NCBI GenBank assembly: GCA_036172245.1
Contig: JAYWIR010000001.1
Coordinates: 5,766,001-5,830,000 of the forward strand
Origin: Raillietiella orientalis
Taxonomy: Eukaryota
Direction of reading: 5' to 3'
Length of the DNA: 64,000 nucleotides
In this document: positions 11,495 through 23,794 of the stretch, in pieces
Layout of the letters: every line of letters begins with the position of its first letter
How positions within the stretch are numbered: the stretch's first letter is position 1
Notes under the pieces: model-generated
Told to the model about the DNA's origin: nothing
Seen by the model: only the letters and a program-made list of their open reading frames with translations
The model's database searches: none
Made by a program: the position numbers and the translations under genes

Positions 11495-14100
11495 GTCTTT
11501 GTACCCGGTCACACCGGGAAGTTTGTTCGAAAAATGAACCGCAAATTAGCGGGGAGTGGCATACAAGAAATGCCAAAAAAACGAAAAACAGAGACGACCA
11601 CCGGCACGCTAGCCGGCTTCTAAGGGAGTCAGAAGCGGAGGAGAGGGAACAATAAATGAATAAAAAAAGACAAGAGGGCAGGGACAGGAGTCTTTCTACA
11701 TAGAGCTGGCGTTGAATACTGGCGAGTTCCATAACGACTTCTTGCAAGTAAGGCACCATCTCGTTTGCCATCCTCATCAAGGCGGCCACCATTCGGATGG
11801 TCTTTCTCTGCTGCGAAGGAGGCTCCAACACATGGAGGACTCTCACTATGGCGCGGATGCAGCATCTCGTTGCGATCGCAGCGCCCGCCATCATCCCGCA
11901 TTGCGTGAAGAAGCGGCGCCCTCCGGGTGGCGGACCACCGAAAGGAATCTCCGTGACAAGTTCTCGATGGCGTTGCAGCATCCAGCAGGAGGTGCGGGGG
12001 CGATCCCTTTGCCCTGTTCCTAGGACACTTCCGGGAGGCAAATCTACCGGGAACTGGGTGTCTGCGGTGGATGCACCGTAATCCCCCAGTATGGAAGCAT
12101 CAGAACATCCTGGACGTTTCCAAAGCGGCGGGAGCAAGGAGGTGTCCACACGCAGGGGAGGGGCCACGGGTTCTTCAGGGAAGGGGAAGCACACCGGAGG
12201 AGTCCCTTCTCCCGGGATCGACGAGTGGCGCCGTCCACCAACGCGCTCTTTTCGCAATCACCAAAGAGTCTCCGACTCCTGCAGCTTTGCGGGAGGATCC
12301 CCACCCCGCCGGCTGGTCCGCTGTCGTCGCTTGCCCTGAGGGCAGACTGCTCTGAGGCAAGGGACCAGACGGGAACCACTGCGTCCGGTTCTGCAGGAGA
12401 TCTCCAGGCGGCTCGCATGGGGGCATCCGCAGTGGACGAGGTTCCTCTGGACGCACCTTCGCAGCGGCCACCCGGGACACCAAAGTATTCTAGCGTCGCT
12501 GTCTTTCCGTGGAAACTTCCCGGAGGCACATGCGGACCTGGGCGCCCTTAGATTCGCTCTGGCTGTCAAAGAGGAAGGATTTCCATTCTGCACCGCGGTT
12601 CCTGGAGTTTCCCTGGAGAGCGCTGGGAACAGTCAGATCCGGCGAGGCGAGCTGTTGGGAGCAGCAGCAGAGGAAATCCGGTGGGATCTGAGGGAATTCG
12701 GTACACCACAGCTGACAGCACGAAGAGGATTAAAATGAAAATTCTTCCTGGAATGGGCCCAGACACTTGGAGTGATGGATGGTCCAGAAAAGAAATGACC
12801 TGAACAGAATCCAGCATCTCCTGAAGAGCACGCGTCTCAGCCGCGGGTTGCAAGCGAAAGCATTCGAGCTGATCTCCGTCCCCAAGGAAAAGTTTCCGGA
12901 GAGAGCTGAACCTCTCTGCTGAGGAGCGAGAAGCTTCCAGCATCCGATGTCTTTCGGGTTGTCGTAGCGAAGCCCCCTTGCGGGAAATTTCAAAAATGGC
13001 CGAGCGAGCGGTACGGAGCAAAAAAAAAAAAAATGGAGATGCGCGCAGACGGCGGGCCTGCTCCAGAGACGGGATTCCATTCTCCGGGTTCTCCTGCTCC
13101 CGTCCGCGGAGGCCGGGCCCCAGGAAACGGGAAGGCACTTCCTCTACCCCCTGGGTGGACTCCTCGCACCCCCGCCAACGACCGCCGGATGCTTCCTTTC
13201 TCCCCCACCTCTTCCTCTTCTCCCCAAGCGGCGACCGCGCGCGACAAGCAGCCCCTCTTTCAAAGCCGACGGCTGGCTGCACGGAGCACACCATGGAGGA
13301 GCAAGCGCCCACGGAAAATGGCGGACCTCTTGAGCGAGCGAAGCTGCCGCGGAGATGACCGGAAGGGAGGAAAAAACGGAAACCTTAGGAAGCATCCTCC
13401 CGGAGGACTGCGTCCACGCCCGACCTCTGGAGAGGAGGATCAGTCTGCTTGCTGCCAGAAGGAATCTCCCTGTAAGGAGCCATTGGTCGTGAACCCGGGG
13501 AAGGTCAGCAGAGCTGGAGGGCCGATGAGCGAAGTCGCGGGAACGGCGAAACCTGGAAACCCACGTAAGGAACCTGCTGGGGCCTCAAGGTAGCGCGGGA
13601 TGCCAGCACGGACTGGAGGCCGCCGTTTCTTGTCGGTGAGACCTCAACCGCTCTCGTGCGGCCTGGTGGTGGCGGTGGTCGCGGCAGTAGCTGACCGCTC
13701 ATCTCCTTTCCCTCCGCGACGCCGCTTCTTGTCTCGACTGGCACTCCCGGGGCGCCTTCGGTCCCCCACTGGCCGAACCGGCGGCGACGCGGACGACTGC
13801 CGCTCCGACGATGGGAAGGAAGCAGAGCTGCTCTGGTTCTCCGTGGCGAGGATCGATGCTCTTGCGTATCGCGGCCCGGGGAGATGCGGGGTCACTCCTC
13901 CCGACGCACGGGTCTGCCGGAGTGAGATGGAAGGCAACAAACCGCCGTGCCTGAAGAGCCAACCACAAAGCCACGCGCTTCCAAAAACGCGGAAGAAACT
14001 CGGATTCCCTTTTTTTTTGGGAGGAAAAACCGAAGCTCTACTACCACCTTGCTCACGGGCAGTATCGCCGCCGCTGATCTTTAGGGAGGCGCGATTATTG
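11495..14100 (-). mobile_element. Divergent, internally deleted copy of the same Tx1-like family
   Basis: AAIATRCCIRAIVRV...MELASIQRQL aligns to ASLAALCCLHGIVAA...QELAGILQRM of the other copies. ISFLDHPSLQV (endonuclease SDH-like motif) at ~12770-12800. Same 3' hairpin set at 11504-11617. Confidence 0.55.
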
Positions 14101-14959
14101 CTAGTTGAAAACTACCACCTTCATCGCATCAAAGACCCTCTCTCCCCTCATGTGGTAGTCCTCCCCCCTCCCCTCCTGGTATCGCTGCTGCCGGAACTCC
14201 CTTCTGGAGCATCGAAGGCGCGGGCGGCACGCTGACGCGGTGCTACCGTTCCTTGTTCCCGTCGCCCGCCGTGTCCCATTGCGCGCCATCTATCGGGAGG
14301 GAAGCACACTGGGAAGAGAGCTGGAAGGGTCATGATAGGAGGGCGCGCGAGCGCGGTGGGTCTCCCTCCTTACTCAAGAGAAGAGCCTTCGGTGGACACG
14401 GTGGCAGGGCACGCCGAGGGCGCTGCGAAGGGGCTGCTCGCGAAGCTGCGTCTGCGGTCCCACAGGAAGGAGGACCGAGCCCTCCAGAGCAGGAAGACAT
14501 CTCCCCACTCGCATCCTTTATTGTTAACTACACAGAGAGAGCACCGCCTCCTCTTCCCCTCTTCCCCTTCCCCGCTAACACCACCCGGCATTGCAGCTCA
14601 CTCCTGAGCGCTTCTCGACCTCTCGGGGTTTTCCTAAGGAAGGTGCAGCTGCTGCTGACTCGAAGAAGCGACCCGAGATGGCGCAGCGATCTCAGGCGTC
14701 TAGATGAGAGAGGGAAGAGGGCTCAGTGCTCTCCGCGAAACCCAAGGTCACTGCCTTCAGCCTTGGAGCTTTGACAACACCACAGTCCCTTTTTTTTGGA
14801 AGGGGGAAACGGAAGAGGAACCGGGGACCACCGGACGAGCATCCCGGACGGAGCCGTCGTTAGGGGAGGCGGCCCCCCCGTTTCCGATGTACTCCTTCCA
14901 TAGTGCTGAAAGCTTCAAGGGCCACGGTCGCGCAGCGCCACCCCAGGAGAGACAGCTTG

Positions 14960-15380
14960 CGGCGCGCGCGCAGCTGCACTCGCCCCACCCCGCTAGCTCC
15001 ACATGCACTCTGCTCCATCAGACCGGCGCGGCGGCCACCCCTTTCCTCACGGGGAAAGTCTTGCCCCTTTTGGCGTCCCTCATCCCGGCCCACCACCCGA
15101 GGGAACTGCATCGCCCGGTTGCCGGGCGATGGCGCGGCGCAGGCCTCTCCGTTACTCTCTTCGTCTCCTGCCTCCCCCCTCTCTTCTTTTCTTGGATACA
15201 AAGGCGACTGACCCTTATGCTCCCCCTCTTTCTTTTCCCAGCAGTCACCACCCCTTTCTCCCTTACTTCCTCCTCTTCCTTTCCTCCTACCCCTTCCTTC
15301 CTACCCTTTTCCCTCTAATTTTTGGAAGGGACCCCTGACCCCACTGAAACTTTACAACCCCCGTTCTAAACTAGCTCTTC
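14960..15380 (+). mobile_element. 3' end of a second LINE-like family with polypyrimidine tail region
   Basis: VAGRWRGAGLSVTLFVSCLPPLFFSW is homologous to the inverted copy at 18470-18720 (VAGRWRGTGVSVAPFFRCFPLLSFL). Both are followed by a CT-rich tract. Confidence 0.45.
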
Positions 15381-17649
15381 ATCCGACAGCCACATGGCAG
15401 CATTCCGCCTCCCCCCCCCCCTCCTCCTCTTCCCCTTCACCCCCGTTGCCGAAGAGTTTGATCGCGGCACTGTTTCCTGGGGTTTCCACTAGGAGCGCCA
15501 CTGTCGCTGCCTGAGCAGCACCTTCCAACTGCCGTTTCAGGGGATGACCGCCCGCCTCGCCAGAGGCGCTCGTTTCCGTAAGTGAGCCACGCCCCCGGAA
15601 GAACCTCACACCCCTCTTCCATTTCCTGCTCACGCCGGCGGGAGAAGAAAAAAAAAAAAGAGGTCGCGTCCTGCTGCAACCCAAGAGCTCTCTCCTCGTG
15701 TCTCCGCCCGTAGGCTGCTGTGCCACCCTGCCGCTCTTCTATTGTGGCAGGGGAAATAGCCCAAGGAACTGCCAAGGGGGGTGATAGGGTCTTCCTCAGC
15801 AAGGGGTTCGATGGAGCACCCCGGACAGCCACTCGCTAGCTGACAGACGAAAGCTGCAGTTCACCCGGCCGGAAGGACCTGGCGCGAAAACAGGAAAAAC
15901 AAAACGAAAGGCCCCACTTCTCGTAGGGCGCCCTGCTCTGGTCCATCTGCTGCTGCTGCTGCTGCTCCTGGGAGACCACGGAAGTACCTATCGCATAGGT
16001 GGTGGGTCCGCATCAGTCCCATAGCCGGTAAAACGGCAGCAACGCGAGTCACTGTCGGAAGGCAGCGTTTGACCAGAAATAGCCCGCTGCCTTGGCAACC
16101 GGTTCCAACGTGGCTTAGCCTCTCCGACGGATCCGAGGCGCTGCTCCTGCGGAAGAAGCGCTCCTCCTCCCCTGCGATTCCAGGGACTGCTCCTGAGAAA
16201 CCTCCTCTAAGTCCCATGTTTCCACGGACCATGCTCCCTTCCCCCTTGTAGGGTTTGCTAAAAGAACACCAGATTCCCGGGCATCTCAGCAGACTTTCTC
16301 ACACTCGGGACTTCTCCTTTCCGTAGGAAAGGGCCCGTTCCGCTCTCTGTTCCCCGTCACCTGAGCGGGGCGCTCCTGTGGGATGTGCGCTTCCCGGGTA
16401 AACAGCGGCTGAGTTCAGGCCGTCGCTGACAAGGCGTTCCTCTCAGCACCGTGGGCACCCGACGGGCTTTCCCGATCCGCCCCGCTTTCCGCTTGCTGCC
16501 GGAGTCGAGGGCCCATCGCCCATTCTGGAGAGCCAAGCGTGCCTTCCATGCCCCGGGAGACGCCGGGAGAGACAGAGCAGCACCTGGACGCGTGCGAGGA
16601 AAAGGCAGGGGAAGTCAACGCGCAGCTGCATCCTCTCGAGAGATCCGGCCTGCTCCCGCTCTTCCGCTCGCGCTCCCCCCCCCCTTCCCGGAAGAGCCTC
16701 CGGAGAACTTCCTTTCCGCTTTTCGATCCTTCCGGGAAGAGAGAGACAACCGTCGGATCCAAGGACGATCAACGCGCGCGCTTGCGGTGGCGAGCCCCCT
16801 TCTGACTCCCCTCTCACACACAGCTCGAGGCGGGGAAGCTCTTGGAGCTGCGTTGGCACCACACCTCCCGGCGCCGACGAGTTGCCTCGGAGGCGGGTCA
16901 CCCCCACCACCCACCTTCCTGCCTGCCCCTCCGCGCTCTTGGACACACACCGGTCGCGGCGCGAGCGCGGCGGCGGCGCAATGCTCCGGAAATGGCGCAT
17001 CCTTCTTTGACGCTTTCCCGTCGTGTCCCGCCTCACATCGGGAATCCGAGGACGCGGCAACGTGTCCCTCACTCCCACCCTGGCACTCAGTGCTCACCCC
17101 GGAGGTCGCATCTTCTTCCCTCACATTTCAAAATGAAAACAAAAAGAGTCCAAGGCAAAGAGAAGGGAAGGCACGACCGCATCGCAGGCCGCGTGGCTGC
17201 GGTCTCCGCGCATGACAACACCAAGCATCGCGCGTTCGAATGCCGCCCGGGGGGGAAATCGATGCCAGAGAAGAAATGGGTGCGTCATGTGTTCGAGTTC
17301 CTCCCGCAAGATGCCTCTGGTTGGCCTGAAGACTACGCGTGCGGCACTGGTAGCGGATAAGGCAGGATGCCCCCGATGATTGGCCGGGATTTGAAGTCGA
17401 CCCTCTGGGATCCTCCCACGAAACAGAATCAAGAAGTCCCTTCGGAGGTCCCCTCTGTCTTGCAGCATGGAGGTGATGCCTCTCCAGGGTGCAAAGAAGC
17501 TCTCTGCTCTCTTTAGGAAGCGAACCCTTCAGAGAAAATTAGGAGGCTTCCCTCCAGGTTCTCTTCAGAGGAGGGAAACCAGGAGCGGATCCTTTCCGGG
17601 TTCCCTCTGAAAAGAAAACAAACCCCCTCCGGGGTCCCTCCGGAGAGAA

Positions 17650-18300
17650 TAAGGAAGGAGATTTCCTTCGGGATCCCCTTCGGAGACACCACTGGACGCT
17701 GGGGAGGGTGAGCCCAGACTGTCGCAGATGCGGGAAACGAGAGTCCCTCCCATACCTACTAGTGGACCGTGTTGTCCTTCGGTCCCTGTGGGAACGTTTT
17801 GCAACGACCCTCCGGATCCCAGTTGGCAGTCCCCCAGGGACTTTTGCGGCTCCTCTTCGTGCGGGACGCCCTGCAGCCCCAGCAGCGCTGTGCTGCATCT
17901 GTGGGATTGCGGTGGCCTGGAGAGAAGCTGACAGGGGACAGGACAGGAGGGACGCCATCCAGTTGGCAGTTCGCTTTCTGCTGCCGGATGGCCCCGCCTG
18001 GAACCTATTCGGACAGACCTAGCTGACATCCTAGAAAGTACAGATTCCCTTCAATGGACAGTGGTCCCTTTCCGACCCTCCCAAAGATTTTTATCTATTT
18101 TCATTTACTCTTTCTTTTTTATTTGTGTTTTTTTTCTTCCATCACCCTCCGCCGCGCAGGGAGCCCCGCTGGCCTGCGCACCGGCGATCCAGCAGGTCCA
18201 TGGGCAAACGGAGTGTGGTAGGAGCACGCGCCCTACCACAATTTGTGCGTTTCTTTCCGATTTTGAGAAACACTCCGGCGTGTCCGTGTGGAAATCGGAG
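17650..18300 (+). mobile_element. 5'-truncated Tx1-like LINE 3' end (zf-RVT plus structured 3' UTR)
   Basis: ORF 17708-18022 SPDCRRCGKRESLPYLLVDRVVLRSLWERF...AALCCICGIAVAW. T-rich tract 18088-18140, hairpins 18165-18300. Confidence 0.7.
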
Positions 18301-18469
18301 AAAACCAGGGTGGAAGAGTTCCCTCCTAGGCGTGGGAGGAACGGACTACTTCCTCCGGAGCCTTTCCTGGATTCATAGGTTGGTCCCCTCCTGGGATATC
18401 TCCTATCTTGAAGAGTCAACACGCACCCTCGGGTGGCGTGGAACAGCGTTAAAGGCGCGCGGTGGTTCT

Positions 18470-18900
18470 TGAGGTACATAGAGAGGAGGGAGAAAGGAGA
18501 AATGGAGGGAGGAGAGGGGGATGAGGAAGAAAAGAGGTGGGGGTGAAGAAAAGGAGGAGAAAGCGAGGAGTAATGCTTGCTGACAAAGAGGGGTAGGAAT
18601 CATGAGGAGCAGTCGTGTTTGCATCTAAGAAGGACAGTAAGGGGAAGCAGCGGAAGAAGGGAGCAACGGAGACTCCTGTGCCGCGCCATCTTCCTGCAAC
18701 GGTAGCGATGGATTCCCCTCGGGTTGGTGGCGGGGTGATAGACAAACCATCGGCACTATCCCCCGGTGACCTCGGACCGTTGCCGTCTTCATTACAAGAT
18801 CGATCATCCAGAAAGCACTGCCAGATGGGAGTAGAGCATGCGGAAAATGCGTCATGCAGGTCCTTTGCGAGATCGCCTGCTTGAAGAACAGGAAAGCAGG
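18470..18900 (-). mobile_element. 3' end of the second LINE-like family (inverted homolog of 14960-15380)
   Basis: Nucleotide and peptide similarity to 15100-15320 in reverse orientation. Confidence 0.45.
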
Positions 18901-21234
18901 CATTTCCTGGTAGCGGACTCTGATGAGACCTCGCGCAGCACTCCTGGAAAGCAGAAATCAGCTGACGAACGAAGGGATTCGCATGGCGAAATGGGCGTTT
19001 GGAATCTGAAGGTCCCTCTTGCGTGGGCAAACGAAAACTGGGTGGCTGATGAGTTGAAGCCCAGTGCTGAGGTTCCATCCCAGGAAGCTCTCCTGCCGGT
19101 GCCTGCACGTTCCTGCTGAACCTCGACCAGCAGGCAGCAGCTCCATTCATCGCAAAAAAAAAAAAAGTGCTCTCTGACCCGGGGACGCAGCCGCTGCCTT
19201 GCTGATCTTGCGGTTATCGGACTTGCACTTCTCTTGAGCAGAGACAGGACTCTTTCCGATGATTCCTTGAGAGAGCTGCAGGGGCTTTGCGTCCGGCAAA
19301 ATGAGGAGTTCACGCTAAGTAGGGATAGACGCGACCGTGCTGCCGACAGCCAGAAAGCTGCACGGATTTCGTTTGCAGAGCCGAGAATTCTCCGTCAGGA
19401 TAAGAGAGGAGGTGCGCGGGTCGGTCCTATTCGAATGCCTTCCCTGAGCCGTTTCGTTGGAGTGCGAGCTCTGGACCGGCTCTTGCACAGCACGCGGAAT
19501 CCGTAGCGAAGGCTTCGCCTCCGCTTGTGAAAGGAAAAGCTCTTTAACTGGAGATCACAATGAATGCGCCATCATTTTAATTGCCGGAATTCCTGCTGAA
19601 CGCAAACAAAGGTGCTCACATCCGCCAGCATCCGGCGGTGGACGCGCAACGAAGCATCGTATTGGCTTCAGATGACGAGGTCCGTGATCCACCATACTTG
19701 GAAAGGGAGAAGGAAGCAAAAACATCGTGCCGCAAGAACACCTTCCAAGAGTACCGCACCCACGCATGCGCCCTCGCGAACTAGCAGAACTAGCAGCGCT
19801 TCCTTGTGCTCCTTCAGGTACGCGGCGCGCAAGGCAGTGTCTGACAAGTGCGAGAATCCAGCCACCCATGGCTTAGCTGTTGCCAACGGCGAGTGGGTCG
19901 GGCTTCCACCTATGCAGACTCGAGTCCCAGAAGCTCAGTGGAGCAGCTGTGGATCACAGATGGCCGCGTCTCTGCTTGCGGTCTTCGACAGAAGGCGAGC
20001 AGTGCTGCCTCCGTGGCTCGGTGGCAAGAAGCGACAAGGAGCTCCCTTGCATCGCACCGACCCACTGATGTTCTTACCCCCTTTGGAAAAAAGGTCCATG
20101 GCGCACCCTCCGATGCAAACATCGAAGTTGCACCTTCGTTGGTCCACAGTGACAGGCTTCCCTCCGATGCCCAAGAAACGATCTCAACAACTTGAAGGCG
20201 TGCCGGAAAACAGCCACGTCATCCACGCAGCCAACTTCACGTTTTTCAGCTTCGGTTGGCTCACGGGATTTCGGATTGCCTTCTGCCAGGAGGGGTGATG
20301 GATCCTCTTGCGCGTCCCGGCATCTCATCCGATGAATTTCTTGACTCTCTTTTCGCTGAAAGGTTGGCTCTAGAAAAGCAGCCGAAAGCTCTGCGAACCG
20401 AAAGCAGGAGGCTCATCAGCTCCGGAGCGGGAGCATTCGGGAACGCGTCTAACCTGGGAAAAAAAGAAAAAAAAACGAGGTCGCATGTTCTTCACTCCTT
20501 CGCCTCTCTGGGACACTTTCTGCATCCCATACTTGGATTCACCATCATCACACGCACGGCCATCGATCGAGGTCTATGAAACTGGCACTTTATTTTCTGC
20601 GACCGGAGTCACCTTTGCTGCTCTGGAACGCTCTCGAAATTCTTCTTACTCGCAGCTCACTCTCGTGGAGATCAACGAGGCAGCAGCACCTCTAGCAGGA
20701 GAAGAGAAGAAAAGATTGTAGATAAAGGGTAGCCTGAAGGGGAGCGGGGGGCGGAAACCCCTTTTCTTTCAACACACGCATCTCAGGAACTGGGTAACCA
20801 TCGGAGACTTTTGAGTGCGTGGTACTACAGCCAGGAGACAGCGGCGCTGCTCCACAGAGCAGAACCCGTGGTTCTGCAAGAAAGAAGCAGACCACCGCGG
20901 CGCGCGCTTGCAGCTGCCCGTTTCGGCTCGCTCCAGAGCGCCTTCTCGGGTCAACTGGCCACTGCATGCGGTTCCTCCACGGAGCGTGGGAGCCCTCCCT
21001 TCGCAATCCCAGTGGAATTCCGTCTCATCTTCGGAGGCGAAGGGAACACCGTAGGACCCTTCGCTCCCTGCTCAGTCAACCACTCTGCCATACGAGCCTT
21101 CTGTTTTTTTTTTTTTTTTTCTTAAAGTCATTCGCTTCGTGAACGAAAAAGGATCAGCACCGCCAATCCTGAGAGTTTTTCCCTAAGACGCAGCCTTTGA
21201 CGGAAAGAAAGAAAACAGACAGTATTCCAAGTGC

Positions 21235-21623
21235 ACGGCAGACCCCCGTATAACGCGACGGATGTGTTCCGCGCTATACGAGCCCCATGGGTCATGCAAT
21301 TCGGCCAATGCTATTTTTAAAAGATATATCTTAAAGAGTAGAATATTCAGTGTTTCACGTTACTACAAAAAGAGAAAAATCAAGGATCCTCGTTTATGAT
21401 TCAACTTGGGGTAAAAAAGAAAAAAAATGGAAAGCTACGAAAGTTTTGTTGATATTCAATCAATGGGAATAATTCTGTGCTTTTGGCTCTATCGCTCTCT
21501 CTCCACTCAAATGGAGTGTTGGCGCTCTTTGAAAGGCAGCTGAACCGACGCTGCACAGCAAATTGAAATTTATCGTCAGCGTGTGCGTATGGGGCCGATT
21601 GCCCGCGTTATACGAGGGCCGTA
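21235..21623. mobile_element. Probable pogo/Tigger-type MITE (~390 bp)
   Basis: Imperfect terminal inverted repeats ACGGCAGACCCCCGTATAACGCG (21235-21257) and CGCGTTATACGAGGGCCGTA (21604-21623), an internal copy CGCGCTATACGAG (21270-21282), AT-rich interior, and TA at the right end. Confidence 0.5.
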
Positions 21624-22599
21624 GCCATTTCCTCGTCGCGTCGTCCAGGAACACTCATAACACCGTAATGAATCCCATAGAAGCGAATAATCCCCTCGGG
21701 CATAAACAACAACAACAGCAAAAAAAAAGAGCTTTCAGGTTCTGTCCCTGTGGTACGTACGCACGGAATCATTCGAGCCTTTGTATAGGGGATGATGAAT
21801 AACCGGGAGCAAAGGTCATTAGAAATCGAGATGAGGATTCTGGAGGAACCAATAGGCGTGCTGAAGGAAGAGAAGGAATAGCTGGAGCTGATCGCAGCCT
21901 GATGAATTAGAAGATCGGGAACCGGCACGGGCAAAAAGCAGGTTCATTCATCCGAATATGCATAGCTAGCGATCTCGTGGAGAAAAGATGATGCCACTTC
22001 CCCTTCCGCGGACGGGTAGCAAGATGATAATGCAGCCCACAGATGAGATGTTTTATAAATAGAAGTATCTGTAAACGAAGGGAAGAGAGGAGATGAAGAC
22101 AATGGTGACTGAGCCACGCAAGGGGTGCGAAAAGCGAAAATGAAAATTCGGAGGTTTCCATCTTTGCTCTTCAGCTAATTATTTTCGTGAGAAGAGGGGG
22201 AAGGAGGGGGAAGGAGGACGGCTTACCTCTCAGGACAGCGAAAGCTCCTCGCCCTCGAAAGTGCGGGAAAGCACCGGCCCGATCCTTTGCTGCGTAACGT
22301 CACGAGGGCGAGGCGATCTCGTGACGCAGCAGTAGGATTTTCCTTCTTGCGCATTCCTTCCCCACCACCACCACCACTACCAAAGAAGGGTGCGCCTTAG
22401 GGAACAACGCTCCGAGGATTGGTGGTGCCGGTCTTTTCTTCCGCTCGTGAAGCGAATGATTCTAAGGAAAGGAAGCAGCTGAAAGAAAGTGAAAACGATT
22501 ACTGCCCGAAATCGGGAAGCTTTCACGAGGATGGAGGGCGATTGATGATGAAGGTACTGCGAAGCACACCAGAAGATAGAAAAACCAGGATGACGGGAA

Positions 22600-23420
22600 T
22601 CCTTTGGGATTCTTTCCTGATTCATTATTTTCCTTCCAGCTTTTGTTTTTTGTTTCCGGTTTTCTTTTTTTTTGGTTCTCCAAGTGCTGAAGAACCATTC
22701 GCCTGGAGGCTCACCAAACTCTTTGACACTGTCCAGGCCACCCGGAGGTACGTGTCGACTCCTCAAGCTAGGAGGCACCTCAAGAGGGAATCACCCTATG
22801 AATCCAGGAAGGCCCCAGAGCAAGGAGTTCGGTCCTCTCATGCTTGACAGGAAACCCCGAAGGTAACCTCCTTCTTATCCTCTCTAGAGGGACCCCAGGT
22901 GGGGGCCACCCCTCGGGGGCTCCTGGAATTTCTTCTCCGGAGGGCATTCGCATGGAAACCGCTCCTGGTTTCCTCCTCTGAAAATAACCCCGAAGGGGCC
23001 TTTCTCTCTAAAGAGGCGCTTCTCAAAGGGAGCAGCGCGCCTCTTGACACTCTGGAGAGGCAACCGATCGCCTCGGCCAGCCCGAGCTCGTTGATATACC
23101 CGAGGGGGGTATCAATCAGCTCTATGGCACGGCTCAACCGGAGGGGAACCCTGAAGCTCTCCTTGATCCCTGGAAGGACCCCGGAAAGTCAACTTCCAAC
23201 CCCGGCCAGTTAACGGTTGCATCCGGGAGTTTCCGGCTTCTACCGGTGCCTCACCCGAAGCCAACCGAGGCCGATCAGCGCCGTCCTGCGGGGGGAACCC
23301 GAAACTCAAGACACACCCCTTCCTTGGAGTCGACCCTTCCCCTGACGGGATTCGAACCCGCAACGCTTGGTGCCACGCGCGGGAGACCTCAGCCACACGG
23401 TCGCGAACGCGGGCACCCTG
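22600..23420 (-). mobile_element. LINE ORF1-like relic, paralogous to 33900-34420
   Basis: Direct repeat of 33940-34420 with a near-identical core. ORF1 identity is inferred from its position upstream of the EN-like sequence in the 33-34 kb copy. Confidence 0.45.
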
Positions 23421-23794
23421 GGGACTCCTCGAAGCTTCGAGGCTTTGCAGTTGAGGAATCCGTCCACTTGCAAGCGCAAATTTCAGAATTTTTTAGCGGA
23501 AATTCTTCGGTGTCGACACTGCACTCATGAGCTCTACGCGGACAACCTTTCCGTGACCCTTGGCGAAGACGAAGGGTACCTTCATGTGAAAGCCATCAGC
23601 TCACGGGATTGCCAAATTGTGAAACATTCGTTAATTGGTCACTCGTCTTCACTATTTAATGGAATCCACGTTTCCGATGCGCGAGTGATGTGGATGTGCA
23701 TGGATGAGAAGCCTTCCCCTCTTGCCGAAAAAGGAACGCCGAAACGAACTAAAGGATGACGTACTTTCATCAGCTGGCCGACTCCAACGACTTT

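Noticed and set aside
23340..23402. tRNA/SINE-like sequence on the minus strand (B-box GGTTCGAATCCC, A-box-like TGGCTGAGG)
   Set aside because: No cloverleaf, and the paralog at 34340-34400 lacks the B-box while aligning through it. Likely chance within a LINE relic.
23740..23775. Hammerhead-like CTGATGA on the minus strand just past a LINE 3' end (also CTGATGA/CTGACGA at ~18920 and ~18962)
   Set aside because: No properly placed stem II plus GAAA and cleavage triplet.
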